DNA of 64,000 bases from Balanoglossus misakiensis. Taxonomy: Eukaryota; Animalia; Hemichordata. Of this stretch, positions 1-13,520 are shown piece after piece. Every line of letters begins with the position of its first letter. Position 1 is the first letter of the stretch. Under the pieces are notes generated by a model, which saw nothing but the letters and a program-made list of their open reading frames with translations, ran no database searches and was not told the origin of the DNA. Where the stretch lies: positions 1,984,001 to 2,048,000 of the forward strand of contig CM082577.2 of the NCBI GenBank assembly GCA_040954595.2, given 5' to 3'. The position numbers and the translations under genes are program-made.

Positions 1-672
1 TCTGATTTTAACCGGCATTATTAATATTCCCACAGTTTGTATTGGTAGCTTTTTTTTTCATTTAACATAAAATGTCTCTATCTGATGCCTTTTAAAGTGA
101 CTTTCCATTAGCTTTTATGCATCAAAGTGGGATTCTACAAGAATTTCCAAAAAGACGGATTATGTGCAGTAGACAGTTTAAGTAAGAATCATTGTCCTCA
201 AAGGGCATTTCTGCAGATGCACAGACTGAGAAATGGCCGACTTGTGACAGTCGATGGACTGGAGGAGGTTTGCATTGGAAGGTGTGCAAAAGGCCTAAGC
301 TGTCATTAGTGAAGTGGAGTGTGTGCGAAACAGCGGTCGGTGTGTGCTTTTAAAGTATCACAAGCAATTTTTGATTCTCTGCTCTGATGTGTGCTGTGTC
401 TCTGTCGGAGTGCTGATCTCGGAGTGAATGCTGAGAAAGAGACAGAAGGAATATCAATTCAGTCTGGAATTTTTCCTCTTCTCTGTCGATTCACTGATGA
501 ATGGAAGCCTGTGCCGATAAGTGAGGCTAGTGATCTCCTCAACAATCAAATGATGAATTTCACTCTTGTAACTCTCATAGTAGTGTTTGCACCATTGTGG
601 TACATCCTCCAACTCAGGATGATCATGTCTTCTTGTGGTTTGCCTGATCCTGTTTCTGTGTCTCGTACATAA

Positions 673-736
673 ATGTCATACCTTTCACATTTAGTGTTGA
701 GAGTTCTGTCTGAGAGTAAAAAAAAACATCGCAACA
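673..736 (+). CDS. Candidate alternative first coding exon of ANKFN1 (MSYLSHLVLRVLSESKKKHRN)
   Basis: ATG at 673, open to donor A|GTGAGT at 737 in phase 1, compatible with the phase-1 acceptors at 26237 and 27843. No homology support. Confidence 0.3.
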
Positions 737-3700
737 GTGAGTGAGTTTGTTGGTGTGTTATTAATTCAGCTCTTAAACTCTAAACACTGCCCTTCTTTGA
801 GTCGACCGATCGTCGTCTACATGTACCATGTAAGAATTAACAGAATTCAAGTTTTGCCATGATATTCAATCATGACAATAGTCTCTCAGTGTGTTGATCA
901 GAACTTTTAAATATTCAGTGAAACGCCTGGCTACTTCCACTGTTTCTTTCCGTTGCATCTGGTAACCTTTGATAATTTCCCCCCCACCCTCCCCCCAAGC
1001 CCCAGCAATCTGAGAAACCGGGATTTAGATACACACCAACAAAGTTTTCTGGGAAGGAGATATAGTTTATGATGGTTACATTTTGATCGAAGCGGAAACA
1101 AACAAAACTTTCTTATTGAACTAATTCATGGAAAATGTTGAGATACTAGCTGATAGTGAAGTGATTTAGGTCTCAATCCATTTTTCTTTTCAGTCGTGCA
1201 TTCCCTGCTAAGATCGTGTGGATTTTGTCGTAAAATTTAATGGGCTCTAATTGAGAGGTTATGGGACTGTTGATTTTGAATTAAGCCAAGCTAGGCAGTG
1301 ATAACGAATATTGGCATAGCTGTAAAAAAATGCTGTGTGATCGACTAAAAAGTCTCTCCAAGTGTCTTCAGCCAAAAGTAAAATTTAAGCTGACAGTTGA
1401 TATAGGCATCTGGGCTAGCTGTGCCTGTGACAGTTTATCAATCCAGCAGGATAATTTTTTTGTCATCCGTCGTCGTGCAATTTCGTTGATTATTTCACTA
1501 AAACCCCCGACCGATGACCTGCACGTCATGTTTTTTCAGATTTTGACGTCTGGGTACAGGGTGCACCCGCCTCGACCATTATGGAGGTCGGTCGGTTATT
1601 TATTCATAACTCGATAATCAAAACTATGATGTTGCCATGGTGACAGTCTGCAAAGTACTGATATAGAAATTCACCCGGTTAACATCGCATAAATTCGCAA
1701 AGTCAGCGGGGAATAGTGACACGGCGAACTGTTACAACATGCTGGGCTTGTGACGCAATTGACTGGAATTGACTTTTAACAACGACTCATAAAAACACAA
1801 GCGTGTGTAATGAATTTTCAGCCTTGGCTACAAGAAAACAAGGGCTGACGTTATAAAAAATTTAATTAAGAGAAATAAGCTACTCTGGTAGTTTGCGTCC
1901 TTGGAGTGAATTGGGTTCTTGTTTTAAAAAGTTTCGATTTTGAGGGGGGGGGGGAGGGCAGACAACAATATATATGCAAAGTAGATCATTACAGGAGCAA
2001 CTGCTCTACTGCATTAAATCTGTGGAAGTAAAACCACTGAAATGAGAGAATGGTCAGAACACACTTTCAATGCAATATTGGTGAGGTACAATGTAGTATA
2101 CACATCACAACACAAGACTGTGCTTTACAAATTCGACAGAATTAACAGTGACCCGGTTGAACTTGGAGCACTTTTCATTTCCTGTGATTATTCGCCCGAC
2201 CATTTGATGGATCAGGAATAATGAAAATAGGTAACACAGCCGTGCACATTAACTTCTGATGATTCCCCAACTTTCGATTGTGTCTCTGGAGATGTATGTG
2301 CCATTTGGCCGTCGTAATCGCGGCTTGGGATCGTTTTTCTTCATTTCGGGTGATGGATTGTGGCTAATTTTGTTGAGAGCTGCCATTTACCTCGCACAGT
2401 CAGTGTGGAACTACGCGTTCATCAAATCCATCCAATTGGTAACAGCACAACGATGTGCTTGGAGTGGGATTGGAACATCATTAGGTTACAGAGAGGTTTC
2501 TCCGAGTAAACAGATTTAACAGATTGCCATCAAAAGCTGAAAAATTTGTTTTTGTTCAAACTCAGCCGCGTTTCCCAAAGCTGAGTGGAGATTCATGTCC
2601 GCGCTTGAAACAACCAGGTCTCGTTATTCAAGTCGAAAATTTCTAGGTCTCTGAGCCCCGAGTGTATAACGAGCATGTGTTTTGAAGTTTATCACCATTT
2701 TTATCATTCTGAATGTGTTGAGTTGTTATTATCAAGAGAGGCATCAGAGCACGATGAATTATGCATCGGAATCGGAGTCTGTGGCTCGGTCGCTTTAAGT
2801 GATTATGATGACATAACGTGAACAACAATACTGTCAGAAAATTCCATCCCCCGCTTCCCGTTGGTGGAGTTGTCCGTTCAAATTCTACCTCGCAAACATT
2901 ATAGTTCAACTTATAAGAGTGCACCATCACACCTGCATGCAATTTCTGTTTCATTTTGTAATAATACAGACAAGATTTGCAGATCATTTCCACTAATTTC
3001 AGAAAGTCACCAAAATTTGTTTGTCACTATTTTATTCTCTTAACTGGTGAAGATGTGTATTCTGTTTCAGAAATGATAAATGTAAGCTGATGTGTACCAT
3101 CATCAACTTGTAAGATTTCATAGTATCCATGTAATGTGACTTTAAACCGTAGTTTATCAAAATGTATCATTTTGACTTTGTTGCCCTAACAAATATGCTA
3201 CTAGATCACTTGCAACATTGGCAAGAACATTGTGTGACATATGTCTATGTGATCCCCTCTAGACCTTTGATATTAAACGTCTTGATACCGAGATAATTAG
3301 GAATAATCAATCATGCACATCGCGGTGTTCATGTTTCCGTTCTTCTTAAAAAGAGAAATGATTCTAATCTAAAAGTTTCATGTAGTAGATTCATGTAATT
3401 TTCCACATTCTAAACAAATTTTAGAGTTCGAAATGGAAGAAAAAAATGTAGGTCCTACATGAGTTTATTTTTTTGAATTAAGAACAGAACTAAAAAATAG
3501 GCATTTTTCTTATTTTATGGAGTTGTGGGCCCTGTCATTCAGATTGCTGATTTTTTATTTGCCGTCAAGGGGTAATTGGGACGTGGTCTTTCTCTATTAT
3601 TCATTCTCTGTTCCACTCTGACCTGCGTAATGCATGGTCTATCAGAAACTTGTCTCTTTTTCTTAACTCACTCCTTCCTGAGTGGCACTTTGTCGGGCAC

Positions 3701-6700
3701 AGAAAATGACTTTCTGCATTTCAAATCGGGCGAGCTGTCAGCCTTCATCCCACCATGCACCGTGTCGTGCACATTCGCTGCCAGGGACAAGAATTGCAAT
3801 TACTGTGATACCTGCTCAGGAAAACAAAATCCATGTGTGATATAAAAAAAGATAATTCATGGTAAGAAGATGAACAGAACTATTGACTTGATTCATTTAG
3901 TTATCTGTGTTGTGACAGTGACGTCCATTATGTACACATCGTAATCAGATATGTACCGGGTATGTATCTGGTTTGAAAATCATTACAATATATTATTCAT
4001 ACTTTTACGATAACCATGCAGCGTGAGAAGAATGTTTCTGATGGTTATCTACTGTTTTATACACTGTATCTCCATGGGAACAGCACTTAATAGATTTTAA
4101 TTTTCTATCCTGGATCAAAGTACATGTATTTCTAATGTATTAGTTTCAGGCTCAGGCAGCTATGAACTCTTGAACTTTAATCCAGGAATCATTTTTGGAT
4201 CCTGAGTATGCAACAGAGAGATTTCCCCAAAGTTTCCCAAATAAGGACGTGGTATTTTACAGTCATATTGCATGACTGTCTCTTCTCATCGACAGTGATC
4301 TACATTGCAAGATTTTTTTGTCAGCATCTTTTTAATAAAACACAGTCACCATGCAGGCAGCGATAAGATCCAACGGACCCCTGGGATGTGAAGATGGATG
4401 TATTTTGTCCAGAAACATCCTGTCTGAGTTGTGATATCTCTTTGTAGCTTTCACAAATTACGGTCCATTGCCCTGCACTTTGAGAATGGGGCAAATATTT
4501 TTACCTCGAACAGTTAGAATGAATCAGTCAGTTAATTTCCGCACAAAATATTCAAGTCTTTTTATGTCGTGTTCTGTTGTGTGGGTGTTGCAGGGTTAAA
4601 ATGCAGTCAAATGTGGAATGTGACTTTTTTGAGGTATCCAGTTGTGTACTGCTTTTTTTTCGTGTGTCATTTCCTTCTCAAACACACTCGGTTCGCTGTT
4701 TGTACGCTGACGTACACATTTCATTCGGTGTCGTTTCCGATTTATAACAAACCTATTTCAATCATGGCAAGAAAATTACCCCTCTGATGATGTATGCAAA
4801 GCCACCCTCAGAAAATGGCCGTGCTTTGTAACCCACCGACCGGTGCGTCGACAAATCAATTAGGTTTTTTCCGCGTTGCCATTCATTAAACGCAACAGTG
4901 TAATCATCATCATTTCATCTTGTTAATAATGAATTATAAAATCAATTCTAGCACGGTTCATTTCCGCAAAAGTACACACGGCAGCGAAAAAAAATAATTC
5001 TGCAATCAAGGACAGGAACGAGACCAGCGGGCAAAACGTTGAGCTTCTCTCCTTTTAATATGTTGCGACACTTGAAATCAAAGAGGCAATGTGAGCCCCG
5101 GGGCATGTTAGCAGTCAACTACAGCACTTGGGCATTTTCTCAGTTCAATTTCCATGTACTAGTTAATTGGCTCAAACCGAATTAAAACCCACTCCACCCC
5201 TGGGGTAAAATGATACTAACCTTAAAAAAAAGGGCACCCTTGGTTTGGTTGTATTAGTTTTCGAAAAAAGCCTGCCTAGATCAGTGCTTCTTTTTTTTGT
5301 GATGAAGAAAACCGTACTGGCATAATTACAGGATGTCATAATACTTTAATTTGTACAGAACTCTCACATTGCCTAGTGGTTGTTCAGTATTCATAGAAAG
5401 CTGACAATTCTGGTCTGTACGTACATGTAGTTTTGCTTTGTGCGTCTGTCCAGATCCTGTCCAAGACACGTAGGTGTTCCATGGCCATGTGAGTTTGTTT
5501 ACAACAGTCACATGGCCCGCATGACTAATCAAGTGGCCTATCAGTGAGCTGTAAAAGACTCTGTTCCTTCTCCCTGTGGAACCAGCACTGAGGCATAATC
5601 ATCCGGCAGTTGTGTGTCCATTATCAGCGACTAACAGTCAGCTATCCAGGGATTCCAAAGGTTTTAACTCTTGTGATTTATGTATGCGTTTCATCCGATA
5701 CCTGCAGCGTCATTTGGGACGAACTGAGGTAGAGACCGACGTGGTTTGCGCGCACCGCTGTATTCTTCTTCTATTTCCATTGTCTGAAATTTTTTTCCAA
5801 GACCAAAGATAATAGTAATTTTGATCGTCGATGGAGGGAGTGATACAGAACGTCAGTTTAAGATTCAATCTGTAAGTATCAGTTGTTGCTTTAGTTGTTT
5901 TGAGTGAAGTGTGTATAATTCCAGTAACATCTGTGAGAGTTCTCTTTTGAGCAAAAGACAAACAAAAACAATGATACACATCAACAAGAAGCTTCCAGGG
6001 ATTTTTAAACTTGTAAAAAGTGTTGTCAGTTGATATCAGCAAGAACGTGCATCTCCGCATTGTGTAAGAATTGTCACTCGTCTGTGTCTTGATTCACATT
6101 CATCACTATTTCAATTTTATCCCGTGTTCGGGAAAAGTCAGCAAGCTTCTCCCCACCCCTGGTCCCCAACCCCACCCCCTCAAAAAAAATCAATTTCCTG
6201 CAAGCCTTTTTTCATCGTGCAGAGATTGTAATGCACCAAAATGATTAATCACCATCGATTATGCATCTCAGGATCAAATGTCTCGTTTTTCGCCCCGCTT
6301 CTGTCCTCATAAATGTCATGGTTATCACATGTTGGGGGCTAATTGTCAATTTTATGCGCATTTAGAAGATGTACAACGTCTCCCTGATCGATGATGGTAT
6401 CGCTTGTGACATTCTGAGTGGGCAAGATAAATGCAACAGTGCAGTTCCCAATTTTAAGCTTTAACCTTGACTAAGATCAAAGTTATGGCAACTATTGGAT
6501 GGTGTCTATAGTTTTAGCGTGCACCACCATAGCACATTCTAAGCTGATCTCAAAAGTAGATGAGGTGTCAACTTTTTTATTGTACACTTTTAGCATGGCA
6601 GTGTAAAGACACATCGCAGATAGATGTTGTACATGTATAGAGCAGATTAAAATCAAAATCATCTGTCTGAGTCTGTAAAGCATTTGAAAACGCTGATGAT

Positions 6701-9700
6701 CAATCCGAAGCAAAGGCTAAAAACTCTACCCGCCAGACGAGCCAGTCATCGCTTTTGGTGGCAATTTCTTTACATAACTAAATTTAGACGTTTTATTCCA
6801 GACTGTGCATGCAGCCACACTGTTGGAGATTTATTCTTTCCTGGGGGCACTGATGTTAATCACGGAATCTTCGTCATAGTTCCGTGTGAGTGAACCCACT
6901 GTCTCTCTCGTATTGGAAGATGTATGATACCCGTGAAATCTTTCCTGTGTAGTAACTTACATGTTTACGTGTGCTGTGTGCATCTTTTTAGTATACTAAA
7001 GATGTCTGGCAACTCGGAACAGCTATTTATAATATTCACTTCACAACTCGGTTTTCTGAGCTGATGTATCACTTGGCCAAGAGCAAACTGAGCAAATCAA
7101 AAGGTCATCAATATAATGTAAGAAAGCCATCAGATAATCGATATCGTAGAATTTTATTAGAACATCATTTCACTTCCGTCTGTGAAACTGAATTTAGGTA
7201 CAGGTAACATTGTGTCTGTTATATACTAGTGGAGGGTAACCATTAAATTGTTGTCATAGATTAGTCTCATTGTTTTTGATTCTGAATATACTTGGAATTA
7301 TCAAGATGAGAGAACTGATTAGTCTCTGTCGTGATTGGTCTGCTTGTCAAAGTAGCGTCCGTATAAATAGTCCAGCGAGTGTGAGCATAAAACAAGGATT
7401 TAATTATGAGTTTCCGCTAACATCCCCTTTTCTCGGAATCCCGGCACAGTTAATCCCAGCGTTGCCATGTGCAGGGTCTACCGAGCAAATAGTGTGTGTG
7501 ATAGATGTGTCGACATTCTATCTTTACACTTATCCCAGTCTGAATAATTATATGTAGATAACTGTGACACTCACTCCTGGGACCTGGTATTCTATTCAAA
7601 TGCCATCTGAAGATACACAAGGAAAAAAAATGGCTTGAAGGATGTGAAAGTGAAAGGTGCCATTCTTAACACGTCTTAATAGTGCACGGTTAAAAATAAA
7701 AGTTAATTCAACCTAGAGAATTATTTGACATATTCGGTCTGTGACATAATTGTTTCCACCGAACGTAAATAATATCATACATGCAGGCAAATACATGTGA
7801 CAGATTTCCTGTTTTCATAGTGGCACGTTGAAGACGATATATTAAACAGATGTTTTGCCTCAGTAAAAAAAAGTTAATGTGCCATAAGATCACATGAATC
7901 ATTTGGGGGATGTATTATCTTAACTGCGAGTTGACTGACCTGGCCAATCCAGCAATCACATCCGTGTATCGGCTTTGGTATGGGTCACTGTGCGATAACA
8001 CAGCCACACAGATGGGAGTAGGCGAAGGGGATTACGGACTAATTGCACAACATTTGTAGCTTAGAGTCTATCTGTTGGACAGCGGCATCTTCTGAGTCTC
8101 CGGGAAGTATTTTTATCGCAGACTGTATCTGCTCCTCGGGTGTGTATTTGGACAGCTGCAAATCTCAATCTAAAGTGTACTCTGCTTCCACATCCCGGGT
8201 TTGGATTTCTTGTAATTCCCCCCTCCCCTCCCCCTGACTATTACCGCCTCCTTTGTTGGTGCTAAATTGTTGCCATGCTCCCTGACAGAAATCAGTAATT
8301 GACCTACATGTACATGTACAGTCCAAGGGGGGATTTCGGATACATAGCTGCAACAGGCAGATAGATTGGCAGATGGATAGATGCTAACTTTTACCTAGCT
8401 TTTTAAAAACTAATAGGCCATATTACAGAACTTGTTTTGTTTTATTGTTTGTAAATTACTAACATGTGAGTTTGTGATTATCAATACTTGTGCTATTGAC
8501 CCCCCCCCCCCCCCCCCCGAGACGTGCGCTAGCAGATTCATTAGCTGTGAAACATGAGATATGATGTAAGTGAAGGCATGCGTCCTGTCGTGTGTCACAG
8601 AAAGACTGCATGTCCAGTGTGACTCTTGCGTCACCCTCTCATGACTTGCAGTGTTAGAAGACAGTACTTGTAGCTGTAGCTGTAGCTGTAAAGATAGCGG
8701 TCCAAGTCAGTTAAAGGATTGATGTTGCCGCCAACTGCAGCTTTGTAGATTAAAAGCTTACTTGCTTTTAGTGCAATTTTACAGGATGTGCTATGGCTTT
8801 CAGGTTTTTTTCTCCCCAATTGCGTTTTTCTCTTTTGGAATACAAATTAAGAACTTGTATGCAGTGATGTATTCATGCATGCTTGATTGTGTTTCTGTCT
8901 ATTAATACGATGTCTGGATTACTGGGTAACCTTTCACTGAAACTTTCTGCCTTCAATTATTTTCAAATCTTGCAAAATTGATCTGAAATGTATTGGAAAG
9001 TTTGATCAAATGTGTAGTTTGGCCACTGTCTGCTTCTGTCCCTGTGAAAGCATACAAATGTATACCGTAGGTGTACGTGTATCACACAACATGATTAATG
9101 CCAGCCTTGGTTACGTACGGTCCCTGGACCCGTGCCTGTCGACATGTGACAGTAATAAAAAGACCTAAAACGCTGTCCTGGGTACTCAGTAGACTTTTGC
9201 AGCTGAGACACGCGCCGAGGTGATTACCTCGTAGCGTTTTAGAGTCAATCTTCCTTTTCTTTGACAGTAATAAGATTAAAGGCAGTCCTCAGTCACATTG
9301 AAAAGCTGGTCGTAATTTTAAACCAGTATTCGATCCAACCTCTATAACGCAGATCCTCTCAGATGCATAGCAACAAGAAGGCGACACAGTAACATCTTAC
9401 AAGCATCATACTGTAAACCGGGAAATTTTGTAGTGGGGGTCTGTTTTTGTGAAATCGGAAGAGCGGTTTTTTGATGACGAGATATATTATGCACTTTAGC
9501 CTTTTGAAACGACACTGTATCTTTTCTTTTTAAAATTCTCCTAATCCGCAATGTTTAACCATCTGTTTAACTAGTCAGTGTGCTGGAGGGTGCCCGGCTA
9601 ATATTTGCAAAGACTGAATCATGAATAATGTAAAAGTGAATAAACTAGTGCCCAGGAATAGGAAAGAATCATGGTGGATTATCGCTGAAGTCCAAACCAA

Positions 9701-12700
9701 GTCACGACACAGGACGTCATGCAAATGCATGAACATTGTTGTCATTTGCAGATGCGTCAAGGATTTTCCTATTGGTGATTCCTCTTTTTTGTTTGTTTCC
9801 ATGGAAACAAATCGGCAACCGTTCAGACCAAAAAAAAAAAGGTCAGGCTCACACTGTGTGGAAATTGTTTTGAAAATCCATATCTTGTTGAAATCTTGCA
9901 CATGTATTGTGGAGAATGCAGCTGTCCCATTCAACAAACGTTGAAGAATATTAAAAGCTGTGAAAGTGCCCCTGGTCATTACTTGCGTGATAGTCAGTCA
10001 TATTTCTGTATTTTCACCGGAATTACAAAATTTCTTTCTTACAAATGCATCCCACAAAAGGTTAAATTTCTGCTTATGATTATTCATTGAAAGTGGACTA
10101 GGGTGTAGTTATGGTTTGAAAACGGATTCTACTGGTCATTTTGTTGTCTGATAACATTGCAATCATATAGTCCTCTCATGTAATTACTCTGCAGGCTTTG
10201 GTCATTACTGACTCTGATGAATAATAATTAGACTCAGTCAAAAAATGTCGAACATTTCACTTTTGACGGAAAAAAAAAATTAAAACTGAAATTGCCCAAA
10301 ATTAAGCAATTCTTCAAGGAGTCCACTGAACAACCATCTTTTGCTGAGATTCATGGCCGACTTTTCCTCTAAAATAATTTTTTTTGATGAATTCAAGACA
10401 TGGCACAGTACAGTGACCCGCTCTACTTCGCTGCAGGGAGCTGAATGTATGACGATCATGACTATGCCACCTTGTGATGCTGAGAACGGTTTATGGTCAT
10501 CGATTCACACGTTCAAGAAAGTGGTTAAATAATTCATTGTGTCTGCGTCGACTTTTTATGTTTATACTGACGTTTGACTTCTTGTGTCATGCTGAAGGGG
10601 CCCCAGACTTACTCAAGTTTACAAATCAACAAAAGTATGGTCAAAAGAGAATCAGTGGCTCACTGCTTTCTGTCTTTAAGTAAAGGAATCAGAATTATGC
10701 ATTCAGAACGCACATTGCCAATTGAAACAAAAAAAATCCAGTACAGAAATATAAGTCTTTTGGGGTTTGCCTTCTGTCAGCAATAAAAAGTGGAGTAAGA
10801 AATATTATGGTTCTGTCAGGAAGCCAAATTCCCACAGAAGTATTTCTGCTGAACCTATGATTTAATACACCGATGCTTGGGTTAGATTATGCCTGTGTGA
10901 TGTACTACTGGCACAGTCTTGCTTTGCAGACCTCGTACCTGCGCTTGGAATAAAATAATTAAGAGGCAAATTTGTGAGAACGAAGAACGAGGTCTGGCTG
11001 GTAACTGTGAACAAGGTATACATGGTGACATATCATAGCTAGCTGTCCAATCGGTTATTTCGATTTACGATATGGGCAGATCGTGGGGAAAAGAAATACG
11101 CTTTCTGAGCCTCTAAAAATATCTCCCAATCTAGTAGCTGTATACTCCACGTGCATTGATGATCGTGTAATTCATTCCTATGTAAACCCAGTGCTTTAAT
11201 TTGTACATAGGCCAAAGCTATGATTGGTCTGAGGGCCAGCAATGTAAAGTTTCCTTTAGACATGATGACATACACAGAGAAAAAAACTACTTGAAATTCA
11301 GATTATTAGAAAGCCTGCATCTTGTCACAGCCATTTCAAATCCATTTCCAAAAAGGAATTGCGGTATCTGGGTAGCAGCTCCGAGCCATCGAGAAAGCAT
11401 TTAGACTGACGGATAGACATCAGTTTATTATCCTAATTTACTGCCTTCTGATTTCTGGCAGATTATTCGGCCGCGTACTTGCCACCTGAAATTGTGTTCT
11501 GTTTTGCAGCCGTAATTCAGTGGTCGGTACAGATGCTGCCTGTCGTAAATCGCCTTTTTTTTGGCGGCAATCTTCAGTTATTGGTGTGTCGATCTCAAGG
11601 AGAGAGAGAGAGTAACACCAGGTGAAGGCCAAGGTTATAGTCGGATAGGGTTTCGCTTAATGGGCTTGGATTTTTAAGAAATCATGTTTTTGAAGCCTTT
11701 GATGGCTGTGTCGTTTTGAGCGTGTGAAGTGTTGCATCAGTCGCCGTGTTGATGGTCATTTGTAGGTCTTCCGGCGGCGGTGGGCTCGTAAAAGTGAAGT
11801 GGCGGCGTACGAAACTTGCATTAGTGGTGAAGGGCATTATTTTATGATCAAACAGTTCTTGTAAATTCGTGGCTGTGATGCGTGAAATTTTATACAAGAT
11901 GGTGAGTACGTATTATCACGTAGTGAGGGAGACACGGTGATCAAACACAGTTGAACATGAAATTCACAATCCATTAAATTTAGAATGTCTCAGTTCACGG
12001 TATTTCAGATTTTCAGTTGCAAATCGAAATCCAGCTCTTTTGGCAAAACATGCTATCGATTATCAAAAGACAGTGTGTCTAATCAGTTATTAATAATTTC
12101 TTAAAATTTATGGAAAGCCCTCTGGCTCCATCGGATGTATTTTTGTACAGTTGGGGGACGCAGGTTAACCTTCAACTGATCAGGGTCTATAGTTTAATTT
12201 CAGTTTGTATGTGAGGTGCAGTGTGGACGTTAAATTTCTAAATTACAAGCAAATCTAATAAATCAGTGACAGAATTGAAGGGGCATTGAAAACTTTCCAG
12301 CAGAATGATCATCAATGTGACAGGACTACAGTATACAGGTTTGCTTGTTCGTGAATTCTTCAACTTTTACCTTCATCAGATCAACCAACTGCTCCTCATA
12401 TCTCTCTCTCATCCACTGATGTTTGAGAGAAAAAAATTGAAACAATATAATCACTCGAGTTTGGTCTGTTATGTTCCAAGCGGATGAGATACGTGATTTA
12501 GAAATGGATTATAAATTCATTCCTTTATCCTGAATATGGAGTTAATGATCCCGTTGCACGGCATATAATCAAAGTGGTGAGGTCATCAATGCCGGAATAG
12601 TTCCATATGGATAGTTTCAATTTCGTGAGTGCAGCTGCTGTCAGATTACAAGGAAAACCAACATTGGATGCAACTTTGTTTTTATCTCTTTTGCGTTTTG

Positions 12701-13499
12701 TCATCCTGTGCTTTACAAGGAGTTTTTAAGCGTCAGAGAAACATTAACCTTTTTGTAGATTTCTGACTTTGGTTGGAGTTTTGACTGTGATAAGATTAAA
12801 CTCTGAGCCTCAGGGGCTAATGTAGTTTCTCTAGTGTTTTTTTTCTTGATAAGGCCATAATGTCTGAACACACTTCCATGTGTTTTTGTCACCCATTAGT
12901 ATCAAATTGTCTGTTGTTATGCACCTTTTACTGTCGTAAGAAGTTGGAAAGTGCTGGCCCACGACGGTAATCGTTTTTCACGAGACCGCAGAAAATACGT
13001 GTGCGGTGACAGTGAATAGCCGCGGTGCAGGTTTGTGCCTGAAAGCATCCAGGAAAGGGCTCAGTTTATACAGTTTTGAACTTGGCTTCCAAGGCTTGTC
13101 ATAGCTTAAGAAACCATTATGGGATGGACGAGTGATTTCTGCCACGGGCATTCCGCCTGTGGCCGGGATCGAGATCGCGATTTGACGTTAAGGCTTGGAT
13201 CAAGGTTGCGATTTGCGTCCACTTGAGAAAAAGATTAACCATTTTGGAAACTTGATGATTTGGTCGATATGTGTGGGCGTAATGCACGTCATTTACAGTG
13301 ATAAAAAGACGCAGAGAGCCGTGTCCGTGACGTTGAAAATCACATGACATTATCATCAGTTGCGACCAAATCTCCCATAATCCTCTGTGACCTTCAGTCT
13401 GTGAAATTTAAATTAAGTTCCATTGGATTGCTTTCATTGGTATGGATCAACCACAGACTGTGGATGAACTCACACTTTGGCAAAAAAGGGTGGTTAGGT

Positions 13500-13520
13500 C
13501 GAGAGAGAGAGAGAGAGAGA
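13500..13520 (+). repeat. (GA)n microsatellite
   Basis: About 10 GA units. Confidence 0.9.

Noticed and set aside
5801-5871. Possible small exon ending TCT|GTAAGT
   Set aside because: Its open frames do not give a clearly compatible phase with a supported neighbouring exon. Left uncalled.
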